A stretch of DNA of 64,000 bases from Ylistrum balloti. Its lineage: Eukaryota. Where the stretch lies: NCBI RefSeq assembly GCF_031769215.1, contig NW_026781890.1, positions 1,426,001 to 1,490,000 on the forward strand, read 5' to 3'. A model generated the notes under the pieces. The model was given only the letters and a program-made list of their open reading frames with translations. It searched no databases and was not told the DNA's origin. A program made the translations under genes and the position numbers. Of this stretch, positions 13,618-27,052 are shown piece after piece; position 1 is the first letter of the stretch, and each line of letters starts with the position of its first letter.

Positions 13618-13983
13618 TGATGATACAAGTACATCATGCCAATAGTCAACAGATACATTTCACTTTGTAACTACCATAGAACCGACATAGAATTCCTTAC
13701 GCTTTTTAGCCCCTTTTTCACATGTATGTATATATGTTCTGAAGAACGTCGAAACTGCTTACTTTGATTTCTTTCATAAATTTAACAATTATGACTGAAA
13801 AATTTCATTTGGTCGTAACAATTCTGTTTTTGAAGTTAACATAAATATATCACGTTCAAAATGAAATGAATATATAAGAAAATTATTTTACAAATGCAAT
13901 TGTAAATGATTGTAAGAATATATATTTTTCATATTTAGATTTCAAATGAAATACCCAACAAACTGTAACTGAATTCTCCTTAC

Positions 13984-14120
13984 CTTCCGAGTGATGACTT
14001 TGCAATTTGTGTTGCGTCTTTAGCAGGGTAGAGAATCCTCTCTTTTAGTTGCTGAAAATTACCAAACGGCATTCTCTGTAAGCTGCTCTCTTGAAGACTC
14101 GGATCGCTGAACTGGATGTA
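13984..14120 (-). CDS. Candidate internal exon, unknown protein
   Basis: Pyrimidine-rich acceptor (..TTCCTTTCGTCTATTAG), donor AG|GTAAGG, one open frame YIQFSDPSLQESSLQRMPFGNFQQLKERILYPAKDATQIAKSSLGR. Confidence 0.3.
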
Positions 14121-14669
14121 CTAATAGACGAAAGGAATTGATAAGATGTCAGTAGGTAAAATGATATATCTCTAGATGTTGATTTTGTAAATGGACCGTC
14201 AAAGATTGTGTAGGTGGTGAGCAATTTAAAGTTACGAACACCGCATTCGTCTCGTCAGCCAATCGGATGCCAAACTCTCATTGAAATATTCATGAGCCTT
14301 AGCCTTTGTGAAGTTGATAGGACTGATGTCACACCTGAGTAATTAGCACGTCCTACACAGTAATATAGGTATGTACCTGTCCCCAGGGTCCATTAGCTGA
14401 TTGATTTTAAGTATTACTACTGCTGGAAATGACTGGTGAGGGAGGTTGTAGGTTGATGCAGCCGTTTGTCGGAGATGCTGCCGAGTCGTCACACACACGC
14501 CCTGATATCGATTACAGACTTACATACTCTCTGTACATAGCTGTCCAAGTAACTTCCCCTCCGTCCGGCTTAATTAAATACCAAACCACACCTGGGCACC
14601 CACACGGACGTATGGTATTGGTTTTGTAAAGGAAATTTAATTTGGCTGTATATATACAATATAACTTAT

Positions 14670-14760
14670 GTTACATAGACACTTCATTCCAGAGCGTTCC
14701 TAATCACTGGAATGATCTTACGAAACATATCATATCTAATATCTTTAATTAACAAACTCC
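14670..14760 (+). mobile_element. Possible 3' tip of a CR1/L2-type LINE
   Basis: Reads SFQSVPNHWNDLTKHII, like the R...WN.LP C-terminal motif of CR1/L2 RTs; very short. Confidence 0.25.
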
Positions 14761-16789
14761 TTACTAAATACATACTGCATTATGTACACTGTACATGTAT
14801 CATACTATACAATTTGACGTCAATGATAACCAGCACTATCGTGTGTCACAATGCGTACATTTCCTACCAAGGATAAAGTACATTTGACAACAACGAAAAT
14901 ATGACATCACATCTTCAGCTTAGATAAAATGGCCCTATCAACGATCTGCCTGTGGTCAATAAGTACCTAACTTGTTTATTGACTTAACACTGTCATTTGA
15001 TATGTACATAATTATTGTTTGTAGAACTGAAACGTTTAATCTTGTAAGTATTGCATATTAAGTAAATACTTTTAGGATCGAAAAGAGTTTTCATAACATA
15101 CGAATTTTTCATTAAACGAGTCATTACCGTTACATTTTTGCAAACCCGTGAAATGAAAATAGAAGTAAAATACGTTTTATCGCATAAATCAGAGAGATTG
15201 CATTTTAAAACGTTTTTAAAGTAAAACTATAAAGGACAAAAGAAAACGGAGGTAGACAGATAGTCTTTGTTTCCTTCTTCAGCTGATAAAATCCAGCAGC
15301 CTTACGGTAATCATGCATGGGCGAATTCACTGGAGGAATATGTGACAAAAATATTATTACTCAAAACATTTTAAAATATTTCCTGATACGATCACAATAA
15401 CAATAACAAAAGTTCACAATTATAGTCACCAACCGGTATACGAATGTCTCTTTTTTAATGCCTACTTCGGAAATGTGTCTGTTAGCGTGTGTCGCGGATA
15501 TATGTAAACTATATGAAATCAACGTCGGCTTGTGAGCAATAAATTGTTTTCCAGAAGTGGAATGTTCAAGATATGATAAATACGATTTACAATTTCGTTG
15601 TAAGATGTCCCTGTTCGAAAAAAGTACATTATATCATGCAAATAGTAAATTCCTTTTCATTCACAGAATGATAGGATGAAATGTAAAGTGGGGCACATTT
15701 AATTCCCGTTGATATAAAAAATAAATAAAATTTGGACACCAAATCGAACAAAGAACATATCAACTGGTAATTTTATCGTTTTAATTACTTTATTCTCAGT
15801 TTGTCACAATATTTGATTTAGAACATTTGTTGGACAATATATCTGTATATCAGAGGGCCTTTCAATGTGAAAATAGTATATATATTTAAACAGCCCTCAC
15901 ATAACAAAAGAACAACGTTAGATTGGAACGGAATGGAGATATACATAACAGAACAGTAAAATCACTATAACCTTTCCATACGTCATCAAAATCTACAATT
16001 TACCATTGATTCCTTTTGTCAAATATTCAGTGTTACGATAGGTCATAACCTTGTTTAATGCTGCTAAGAATGCTAAAAGGAAGTTTGGGACAAAGCTTCA
16101 ATGATGAGCTGCAAGCCGAGCAAGCAATAAAATATACGGATTCTTGTGAAGTTAAGGAAGTGAATTCCGTTCCGTTATTATTGAACGATATCCTGGTAAT
16201 CATCGTCTGGTTTGCTAGAATCTCATCTTTATAAAATCAAATCTTTGAGATTGATTTATATTTCAAGCAAGCAAAGTTCTTATAACAATAAGGAAATGAC
16301 ATTGTGTTTCTTCCAATGCAGGAGGAAGTTTCTAAATGTGTTGTTTGTCGTGTGAGCAGATGAGTGTAGTCCTGAATTAGAAATCTGTGATCACATGTTA
16401 GTATTGGAGTGTTCACAATAAATCTTGAATTGGACGTGAATTCTAACAAAAAATTAGTTTGGATTTTAAGGTTGACTGATAGATGAATTCTGCAGTAAAC
16501 GTGGACTCAATACGAATTAGTGTTGTGGTTTTAAAATGGCCTTATAGTCAACTCTCACACTGAACGTGGTTCAAAACAGATAATCTTGAGTTTTTTTATT
16601 GAGTAATAAAGACATGACAGTGCGTACTTTTATGTTGGAATTAAGGCGGCGTAACGATATTAAAGTAGAGCATATTAGTAATTATTGATATAATATCAAC
16701 TTACCCCATGTTGTCGACTTTCTTTCACAGACATTGTATCAAATCATTTATTATCTAATGTTCACAGGTGATTCGCTGTGCCATTTTTA

Positions 16790-17110
16790 ATTATCCCGTA
16801 AAAGACTAATTAATGGATAATCTAGTGTTATTAAGAGAACTGAATAATTAAAAATGAGCTCTATAACCAAAGATCAATTTAGATACGCTTTTGATCGCTG
16901 TTAAATCATAACTACCCGAATTTTTCGTATATTTTTTCCATCCGTAATATTACCCAAACATTTTAATCAAACCGCGCAAAATTTGCGATCCTATCACAGT
17001 ATTGTGCTCACGATACTGTGTCGTTCATGCGTGCACATGATGTATGCTCACGATATATGCACAATGTGCACACAAATGTTTTGGTGCGTTATGCGTTATC
17101 ACTACTGTAG
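16790..17110 (-). repeat. Dispersed segment, copy 3 (inverted, diverged)
   Basis: 16975-17110 is a diverged reverse complement of 2740-2870 (GCACGAT.TATGCAC..TG, TTTGGTGC.TT..GCGTTA.CAC); reverse complement near 16815 reads AATAACACTAGA..CATTAATTA. Confidence 0.6.
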
Positions 17111-20095
17111 CTGACAGGCAGCCATATTTGATTTTGACAGTGTATGTTTGTTATTGATTTTCATGGGGAGTTTTTGATTGATATTTTTTAGTATTGCTAT
17201 GTAGGTCCCCTGTAGTCTTTAGTTGTGCCCATGAATTTGGGACTGATAAAAACAGAACAAAACAGGCGGTCATCGTGGACTTGACAGTTAGAGATGACCG
17301 CTATCACTATTTCCTAAGAGTATTTTTGAAATTTCAAAATCTAACCAAATATGATTTAGTCACGCGTCTGTCAAGTACCACTACTACATATTATGCATGT
17401 AAATAAAACCTATGCTATATTTTACAACACTCAGTATTACTCCTGCAATACACCCTTTTAAAGAAGATGGAATCGTCGCGGTCAACATGTATTCCATTGC
17501 GAATAAGGTACTTACATAAATACATGATACATTAAGTTTTCATGTTATATATTTCGCTCCCTTTTCTTCGTTTAACATAGAAAGACTGAGTGTTTTATTT
17601 TACCCTCTGAAATTTATATTTCTAGACACCTGTTGTCTTTTGTCCAATACGGTTCTTAAAGGAAGACTGACCTAAAACGTGGCCTAGGGACACTGGACGC
17701 TGTCTCAGCAACGCACACACAAACCTTGCCAAATTAATTACATAGTTTTCCAGGGGCGACACAGTTTTCCCTATCAACTCACTGGCTTATTGTCGACCGC
17801 AGATTTTTTCGTCTCTCATTACGACATGTCTCCTCATATCAATGAAGAAAAAAGGATATTGGAGAGCATTTCATCTGATCCATATCCCTTACATCATATC
17901 CCCAAATTACCACATATTTCCAGTATTAGGTTTTCTTGGAACGGAATTGCTTGTCCTCGCAGACAAAGTCATTTACTCGCAGCTATAATATGAGCTATGA
18001 ACCACGCTCCCATTCCACAACGATCCTACTTTGATACATGAACGATACTTCACGCGATAAAAGACAAATATTAGCTCAGTCTTGGTGAAATAAATGTCCA
18101 TGAACTGACAATGTCAATGTCTCTCTTGACACGAGAAAAAGAATGCGTCACTTTTATTTCTTTAAAACGTTACAGAATCATGTCGACACTGGCTGCAAGC
18201 GCTCCAGCTCTTGCACGGAATTTTCAGTAAATGACTGTAAACAATAGACATACTTGTTTCGGAATTTGCGCTCATTTCAGGAACTTTCAAGAGCTTAATG
18301 TTACATAGTGAGGTCATTGTTATTCTGTAGGTCAGAGTGTGAAAGTAAATTTTTCAGGTTGAGTTGGATTATGAAGTCATTATAAGAGAGAAGTCAGGAT
18401 ATTGAAATGGTTTTGTACTGACTTGATAATTTCCCTCACTCATTTCTATGGTACGTGTAATAGACATATCAAATATAATCATATAATAAATAAGGCACGG
18501 GCAGTTGGATAAATCTTACGTAACACATTCATAGACAGCACTTTTTAAACCACTTTTCTCAAAAAAGAAATTATACTAATAACAGTATTACAGTAAATTG
18601 CACTGCATAGTCCCAATGTTCTGTCCTTCTAAGACCCTCCGGAAGCCTATCGCTTCAGAGGGTAAACACCGCAATAAGTTTGCAAATTTGGAAGATAGAG
18701 AAAATTTTCTGGGCTGTTTTGGACAGTTGTTTCTCTGTTCGTCCAGTCTGGCAGGTTAGTTCAGTCAAACCTCAATGTTTATCTATCATTCCCTTCTTCG
18801 TTCCGACACACCACAGCGATACACAGGACATTCCGGTATTTTTCTGTAATAGATATGCTCTATTGTCTCAACTATGTTCGAATTCTCACATCGAGACGTC
18901 AGCACTGTTTCAAGTTCTTGTTTCGCATATCAAGTATCATATTTAGAAATACGAAGACAAATTGATAAACATAATGTCCATTGTTTTTCTCTTTCCGCCT
19001 CGGATGAGATGACAATGGGAATGAAGTTGACAATACTGAAAGAGAAACCTACACAATGTCAAAGATTGGTCCTTTAATCAAGCAAATCGTTGTCACGACT
19101 TTAATATAGTTTTTCCGTGGCAGAAACTATTTTTCAGTAATTGGGATGTTTATAATAATAAAAAAAGTTCAGAAATGGCGTCAACTGCCATATAAATTTC
19201 TTTTCAATTCATGATTCACTCATATATGAAAATAAAAACGATTTGAATCATGCATAAAAAAGGCGATGAGCTTTATGTAACGATTATCACATAGCACATT
19301 CTCATAAGATTTTTCTTGAAAATACATTTAATTCCCATTAAAGCGAACTCCAACAGTTTTTACTAGCGAGACAACTGACTGATATGCATTTAAAATGTAA
19401 ATATACGTATTTTCAGTATCGAGACAACCAAATGATATGCCCAGGAGTTGTTAAACTTATAGAATTACACTAAGCAAAATAGATCAGGTGGGTTTAGAAG
19501 CCGTTATCGTTAATGTGCTGACAGTAGAACAGTTGTGACGAATGCACTGAAGAGCAAGCATAATGCCACTTTTCGCGAGATCATAGGTTGGAGAGGAGGA
19601 AGGAAATGAGGTTTGCTAGAAGAGATATCTCCTAACCGTTGTCGCGTTGGATTCCCTGAGCCGTGGGTTTACGTTAACATTTAATATACAGCATTTGTTC
19701 CTTTAGAGTTATATAGAGGTTATATTATTTGATGAACATTACAAATGTTCATTTCCATCAACTTTTTATCATTCGAGGACATAACATTACATACTTAGGA
19801 TGACCAATATTTTCATGACGAATTTGGGTTAGACTTAGATTCTGTTGACTTGTCGATAATTTGGTTGTTTTATTTGCACACTACGCATTGTCTCAGTTAA
19901 AGACCACTCCTATTCATGTATGAATTATCATGAATAAGCAACCTCCATTTAATAAAATCCTAATGACGTCATAAAACACCTGTTATACTCTTGTTAATAT
20001 GTATTTGTAATACAATAACAAACACTATTATAGTAGACACACCTTGTACTTATAAAGTCGATGTCAACCGACATGAGTACCTATCTATAATTTAT

Positions 20096-20400
20096 TTAAT
20101 CAATACAAATGATGAAGTCTCCCGGGATTGGACTAGGCGCCCAATTAACCCATCCTGTCTTTTCTGACTCCATGTGGTCACCCAGCCGTGAAGGAACAGT
20201 GACAGAGAACGGGGTCGTCGGTACCCGAACCAAGGATGATTTGTAGCTGTGAACGGAGTGACTAAGTTCATTTGTAAGCAATAATAATGTTTGTTTTTCT
20301 ATCAAAGCCATACATAACATTTTACCGGAACGAAACAGGATGAATCCTACAACGGCTTGATTGTTTTCAATACGGTGAACGCCGCACATGCCTAGTTTAA
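20096..20400 (-). CDS. Candidate terminal exon, unknown protein
   Basis: Acceptor CTTTTTCAG at 20401, ~100 open codons, GC above flanks, AATAAA overlapping the stop; length alone is within chance expectation. Confidence 0.25.
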
Positions 20401-23400
20401 CTGAAAAAGTTAGTTGTAATAAATACGATCTATTTAAGACCCTTTTGCCAGACTTATGAGCTCGGTGTTTAAAAAATGCGACAATAACACAAAAATATGT
20501 GCTGGGAAATACATACAGTATGATGTTAAATTACCTTCTCATATTTAAAAACCATGAGAATAAAAATGATATTAAACGTACAAAAATTACTTTCAATAGA
20601 ATTATCGTCATATTACTTTATAACATCAATTGCCTTACAGTTCGCGAATATAGGAAAATAATGTTAAATCCACATCCGGTACAATGGTGTGTTGCTTCAC
20701 ATGTGTTTTACCGAGAACAATGTTAAATTGTAAATGGAAACTAGTGTTACAACGAGAAATCACACAACACATCGTTTTATTGAAACAGGTGAAGGATTTT
20801 CCATTAGATTATTTGTCGACATTCCTAAATTGATCAGACATTCTTTATTTGAAGAACTGAACAAAAATCATACAAGAGGATAGCATCTGTCAATAAAAAT
20901 CTACAATTTGGATACGACATAATTATAATTGGATTACTGCATCATACTGCTTTTTCTTCTTTTCTCGACACTTCAGTGATACTAATGACCACTCATCAAA
21001 GATGATAAAATGTAGGAGACTTCAAAAAACAAAATCGGTTTAAATAAGTGTTCAAATATAGGTGAGAAGTTGCACTAACCTTGTATTTAGATTCGTTTAA
21101 TAATTTTCGGTTATCAGATAATTTCCAAAATAGCGTGAAGTATATGAACATATTATGAATCTTTCCTCTATTCAAATTGATATAAAAGTGAAATTCAGGT
21201 TCGTAAAACAAACTGGATACTTAAACTTTTTCTCAAGATCAAAATATTTATGAAATGTACAACGTACTTACTAATTATCGATATTCATAATTCTAAATAC
21301 AGAACATTTCATGTTATTGGACTGGTTTTTATAGTATTGTTCTAATCGAAAACAGTGATGAGACGTTTCTGTGGAGTTATTTCAATACGAAGATAATAAC
21401 ATATTGAGGATAAGACAAGACCCATATAGGCAACGTTAAGTTGGCGCCACGAAGCTTAACACATACAGCAAGATCGATCTCCCTGATTCCAGATAGAATA
21501 AGTTATTGTCTCTATCAGATTCTCGTTCTCTATGTGTCAAATCTATTCGGAGCGGTTAACAACCTTCATATATCATCCGAGATATCATGGTTGTATTTCC
21601 AACCAGTATCAGTCTTAAGTCATCTTATTTCCAGATCAATGTCAGAATATAACTTTATATATCTACTTGTTTACATCACTTTATCATAAAAATCAGCATG
21701 TGCAATTAAAATACTGAGCAATTGGTCGAAGCTAAAAACAAATCAAAAGTAAAAATAGAAATCTCGACAGTATGTCAATGCAACTCATATTGTATGAAAC
21801 AACAACGTACAAAGTAAACAGCCATGAGTTTAGAATTAACAGTAAGTTTTATTGTATAGTTCAGATGCATTTCATTCGAGCAATCGATACTGAATTTGAT
21901 TGATTTGAAATATATTTTTATAACAAATGTTGAATAAATTGGTATAAGTAATTGCAATTTGTTAAACGATCTCAAAAACAGAAATGATAAATCTAAATAT
22001 AGACACAGACATGGAATTGCTGAAGGCCATTTCTATATGACAGTTTTAAATAGTTTTTATAATCACAATTCAAATTTGTTTTGTCCTTTTACTCATTACA
22101 AACGAATCAGAATCGATGAAGTTTAAATTTGCTTTTCCCCTAATTTGACATTTTATGTTTCACGATATAATATGAAAAACAATTCTGATTTTGTCAGATA
22201 CGGAAATTATTTCAACAATGCAATGTCCAAATAGATTGCACAATTTCAGAAATAATTCCATTGCAGCAGTTTCTTTGTGAATCTAATACTCAAAAAGTGA
22301 AATTACAAATGTTGTTCAATGTGTGTTTAAAAGAACTTGAAAGATCTTTCCATAGTCATGCCGTCTACTCCTGAAAATCTTCTGTAACAACTAATGCTCT
22401 CACAATATATTCATAACTAATCCAAAACTAATGAACACTTATACATATAAATGGTTGCGAACTTTACTGTAGTGTATTTAATGACGATAAAATCACGAGA
22501 ACGTGGTTCTACTGTATCTCCCTCTAATTTTGTAAAAGGTGCTATTCACTTGTGTGTATTTTGTACAATCTACAGGAGTACCTGTTTCTGTTATTATTTT
22601 CAGCTGGAATTTCTGTTTTTGCGTCAAGTCATTATTTTCAGATTCTGTGTAATAGTACACAAAGAAAGAGTAATTTTTACGTCACTTTTCCTTGCTATTA
22701 TCTGTAAATCATATGTCTGTTTTCTAACTGTTCTCAATATGTCTCCTAGTCGCAGAGGACATACATGTAAATGCTACTCTCAACTCGAACAAAATAGCAA
22801 TAACCCCACCCCAGGAATTCCGACAAAGCATGAAAAGTATTACGCCGTTAAAGACTGAACTTCAAATAGAGAGCTCAACAGTGAGGCGCTTTGGATTTGT
22901 ATGCGCTAGAGGTACCGAGGCAGGAGAGATTATTATTATGATTCTGAGATGATTGAACACCAGTTATACCGATAGAGCTTTTGCTGGTATCTGACTGTTG
23001 GAGGTAATTACGGCCTTCCGCGATGGATAGTTTGGTTTAACAAGACCATGGGCAGATTGCATCATCAGGTAAGGTATGGCTACATACTGAAGGACGTTTA
23101 CCAGAACACTTCAACTTAGTCAGTTTGTTATCATAGATCTATTCATTACATTGAAATATGGAAACCTTACACTTTACCATAGAAAACAGAGGAACATAAA
23201 TTCAAATCTGCTACTGTAAGGGAATTCTTATGAGGATTCAAAACTTCCTACCGATTCATTCATGGAGAGCAGCGTCTCTATGTGTACTGTTGGTAGCACA
23301 GTGTATTCACTGAGAGAATGCCAAAACCACTTACACGAGCAAGGATATCTGAAACCCTCTTGTACAGGATTGCCTAGTCAGCAAAATACTTTTACACTTC

Positions 23401-24999
23401 CCCGGGGATCACTGTTCATTGAATAGACCATTTCTAGTATCACCATCAAGGTCACTTTCTTGTTCAGGTGGCTGTTTTCTCTGCACTTATCCTTGAAACC
23501 ACACACACAGAAATATGTACTCACGAATGCAAGAAAGCAGGCTAGCACGTACGAAACCTCAGCAGCTGCGTGCTTGATTAAGTTGAAATATGATATCAAA
23601 TTAGTATTTACATAATCTCACAGTAAGCAGGTTATAGAATGTTGTTTTTATTTGACAGTAGGAATCAAAGCAATTCAGTATAAATTTCACTGTGGCCGTA
23701 CTGTGTTGACTGCTGACTGCACCATGCTGCTGATAATATAAACACTAATCGCCGTTCTTATCTTGGATTTTGCACCAGACCTCTCCTCGTTGGGTTCCTC
23801 GTCATTTTTTATAATGGTTCCTTGCCTGACAGTTGCTGACATACAAGGATACTCTGTGTCAATGTTGAGAACTTCAAAATTAATCACAGATGTATCTATA
23901 ATATCTATTATTTACACTAAAAGACACTTCATATCGTGTTGATGGATAATATTATTCATCAATTTTTTTCATTTTATTTCGTTATTGCCAATGATCGTTC
24001 AAATTGGTTATCACAGTTTATTTTAGAAGACTCCAGTATTAATTTGATGGGGATGCATATACGACATATTTGTTATAAATATATCGTAAAAATGTTTTTC
24101 TTTACCATAACAAAAATACGTTTACGTAATATTCATTGACCAGTAAGGTACATAGGTCAAGCGATTATATGACTATTGGTGGAAATATAATATCATACAA
24201 AGCTACACTTGTTCCAAGGACACATTTTTATACAGATAGGTGATAATTAGTATAGAAAAATAACCTGGTTGTCTTCAGTATCAGTCTTATTACTTCACCA
24301 TAATGAAATGCAATTAAGTTATTTTGAATGTGCTTATAATAAACAATAACTATGGAATTTTGATAATATTTATGTTGTTTTGTACTGATCTTACGAAATG
24401 TCTTGAAGATAATTGTTCAGAGTTGGTGTTTTGTTACTTTAATAGTAACACTGCTATATATAAAACAATTTGGTTTCGTATTAATTATCTTAACTGAGTG
24501 AAACAAGTTACTTTTAGAAACTTAAACTTTTCATTCCAAAATCAGAGGATACGTTGAGTATATCATTATACTCCTTTGTATCACCTGTACAGCATCCACC
24601 CCAACCTTGCACCTCCTCATGTTTATCTATGTCAATGTATATCCAATATTGTTATTGATTACTTTCCTAACAATTGCAAGTGTTTTGATTGAATGCTAGT
24701 GTATACCCCACTGTGTGGTCTTTTAAAATATTCTTATCTACACTACACTCACATGCGATCTGTATGAAGACTAGCCTATACCTGCCAATGCCTGAAAAGT
24801 ATGGGCTTGAGGGATGTTACAAATTCCTGGCAAGACCGGGTATATTTTCTTGAAAATAGGAAAATCGCAACTGTGCCTATGAGCCTATATTTTGCTGTTT
24901 TATTTTACAAACTGGAGAAACATTTCTTACTAGAAAATATATGCGACAAACGCAAATTGTAACCAAAGGCACTGTATATTGTGTGCACATTCAGTGTAG

Positions 25000-27052
25000 G
25001 TAATATTAGTGACAAACTCCGCCAAGGTAACTGATACATCCGATTACCTGCTTGGTTTCATTCTGCTAAAACATGGGAATAAAACAAAAAGAACGATCTT
25101 ATAAAGTATAAAGTAGACGTTTATCTACCTAAAATATATTTTGCCTCACCTCTATCTTTTGTCGCACCTGTGTCTTAAACAAAATCCTAGTTTTAAATGG
25201 AGGTTCGTCTATCCTCAAGTGTTTAAAGGTGAGTGTTTTCCTTCCTATCTGCATTTAGATGAATAATGTTCTACACTCAAATTTGTTTTACACGTAAGTC
25301 TGTATATACTCACCTGCATGTACGTTTTGGAATTTAGACTTGTCCTATTTGTCTGTAGTGGAGGAAGATTTCATGCTATTTCGAGTGATAAGATATGCGG
25401 ACAGGATACAGGTAACCTATTTAATTAGTATGATTAGTAGGTGACCATTGAGTTTCTAAATATGATACTTAAATCTTTTGGCAGTAAATGAACAGAGCTA
25501 TAGCCATTTTATGATGTGATGTGATGACTAATGTCATTGTGTCCTTATTAGGAATAATAAAATTACACTTTTTGTTCCTATAGATATATCCGGCACGATA
25601 TCGATCGATAATTATTCATAAATCAATTATCAGAAATATCCCTTTTGAAGTTTAATCTCTTCTTATATCACATGTATAATGTATTTTATTATTTCTATGT
25701 ATATTTAGAAATTTTATCCAGCTATTATTGTAACACATTGCATAATGAATATTAATTTACATTGATTTCACTACAAGTCAACAACAGATTTATGTAGGAG
25801 TATTTAGACACTAATTAGACGCATGTTACATGCAGCTGGTGCAATTTGTTAATCTAAGTACGTCATAATATGCTTGATCTAATATGTCATATCAAAGGTA
25901 AATGCTATCTAAAAAGTCATTTGGTTCACAACAAAATTTTCTGATATGACGACAGTGGTTGTGATATGTATCGTTCTAGACTTCAGGTTAATACAAGTTC
26001 CATCTTTTGTTTGATTAAAATCACCTTCAGTTTTTAATAATAATATCATCTTTCGACTCAAAATTTTAATACCGATGTTGCATGTTATTTAGGTTAAAAC
26101 AGTGATAGAAATATGGTTTTGCTACTTTTCATTGCATGGTAACGAGCCGTTCAAGACTTTAGGTTAATATAAGGTCTGTCTTTTGTTTGTTTGGAATCAG
26201 TTTCAGTTTCGACTCAAAATTTCAATACCGATGTGGCATGTTCCCAATTAAATCCAAGCAACGAAAACGTCAGTATATTTTTTCCTTTAATAAGACAATA
26301 GGACCATGTGTTGTTCTATAAGATCTGTGGGAGTATCCAATATGTTATTTAGGTTAAAACAGTGATAGAAATATAGTTTTGCTACTTATCATTGCATGGT
26401 AACGAGTATGTAAACTTATTCCATGGTGATTGGTATATAGATTAATTGTTTATGGTTTCGTTGAATTAACTCATTGTATGGTGATGGGTATATAAACTCA
26501 TTGTATGTTGATGGTATGTAAACTCATTGTATGGTGATGGTTATACAAGCTCATTGTATGATGATGGGTATGTTAAGTCATAGTATGGTTATTAGTTTGT
26601 GAACTCATTGTACCACACTGAGTATGTGAACTCTTTATATGGTAATGGTATTGTGAATTCAATGTATGGTCATAGATATTTTAACTTATTATATGATGAT
26701 TGGTATATACTGTACTGTTTATGGTTTGATACGTGGCTAAAGGACTAGAGAAATACTACAAATATCACAGACAAATGAGAGTATCACAGTTTACAGAGAG
26801 ACTTTTGATGTGTAAAATCGTAACCAAAAAGAAAATGCCTCTCATCTTAGACTTTTGTGTGAAAACGTTTATTAGAATACTTTAACAACTTATTATTAAT
26901 ACCTTAAAGTTACGTAGTAGATAATGTTTAATAACATATATGTTGATAAAGTCACATTTAAATAACACTTAAAACAGTAATCTTATTACATGCTATCGAA
27001 ATAGTTGAAAGAAATGAAAATTCCTTGGTCATCAGATCCTCTGTTTGAACAG
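25000..27052 (+). CDS. Candidate chain of three micro-exons (25000-25026, 25359-25411, 27005-27052), product unknown
   Basis: Each has AG/GT boundaries (donors GTAACT, GTAACC, GTAAGC) and phases chain 1-1, 1-0, 0-0, giving NISDKLRQV-EEDFMLFRVIRYADRIQ-LKEMKIPWSSDPLFEQ; no homology recognised. Confidence 0.3.

Noticed and set aside
11316-13670. Longest ORFs (355 and 445 aa) as a real repetitive protein
   Set aside because: Explained by a stop-free 37-bp monomer; all three frames give the same peptide cycle.
17640-18250. hAT (ZMYM/THAP12-like) transposase fragment on the minus strand
   Set aside because: Fragments such as LRGQAIP and LILEICGNL are suggestive, but other frames look equally protein-like and no catalytic motif or TIR was found.
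18600-24800. Several 60-135 aa ORFs and single-stop read-through frames
   Set aside because: No recognisable domain; at this AT content a handful of ~100-codon open frames is expected by chance in 64 kb.
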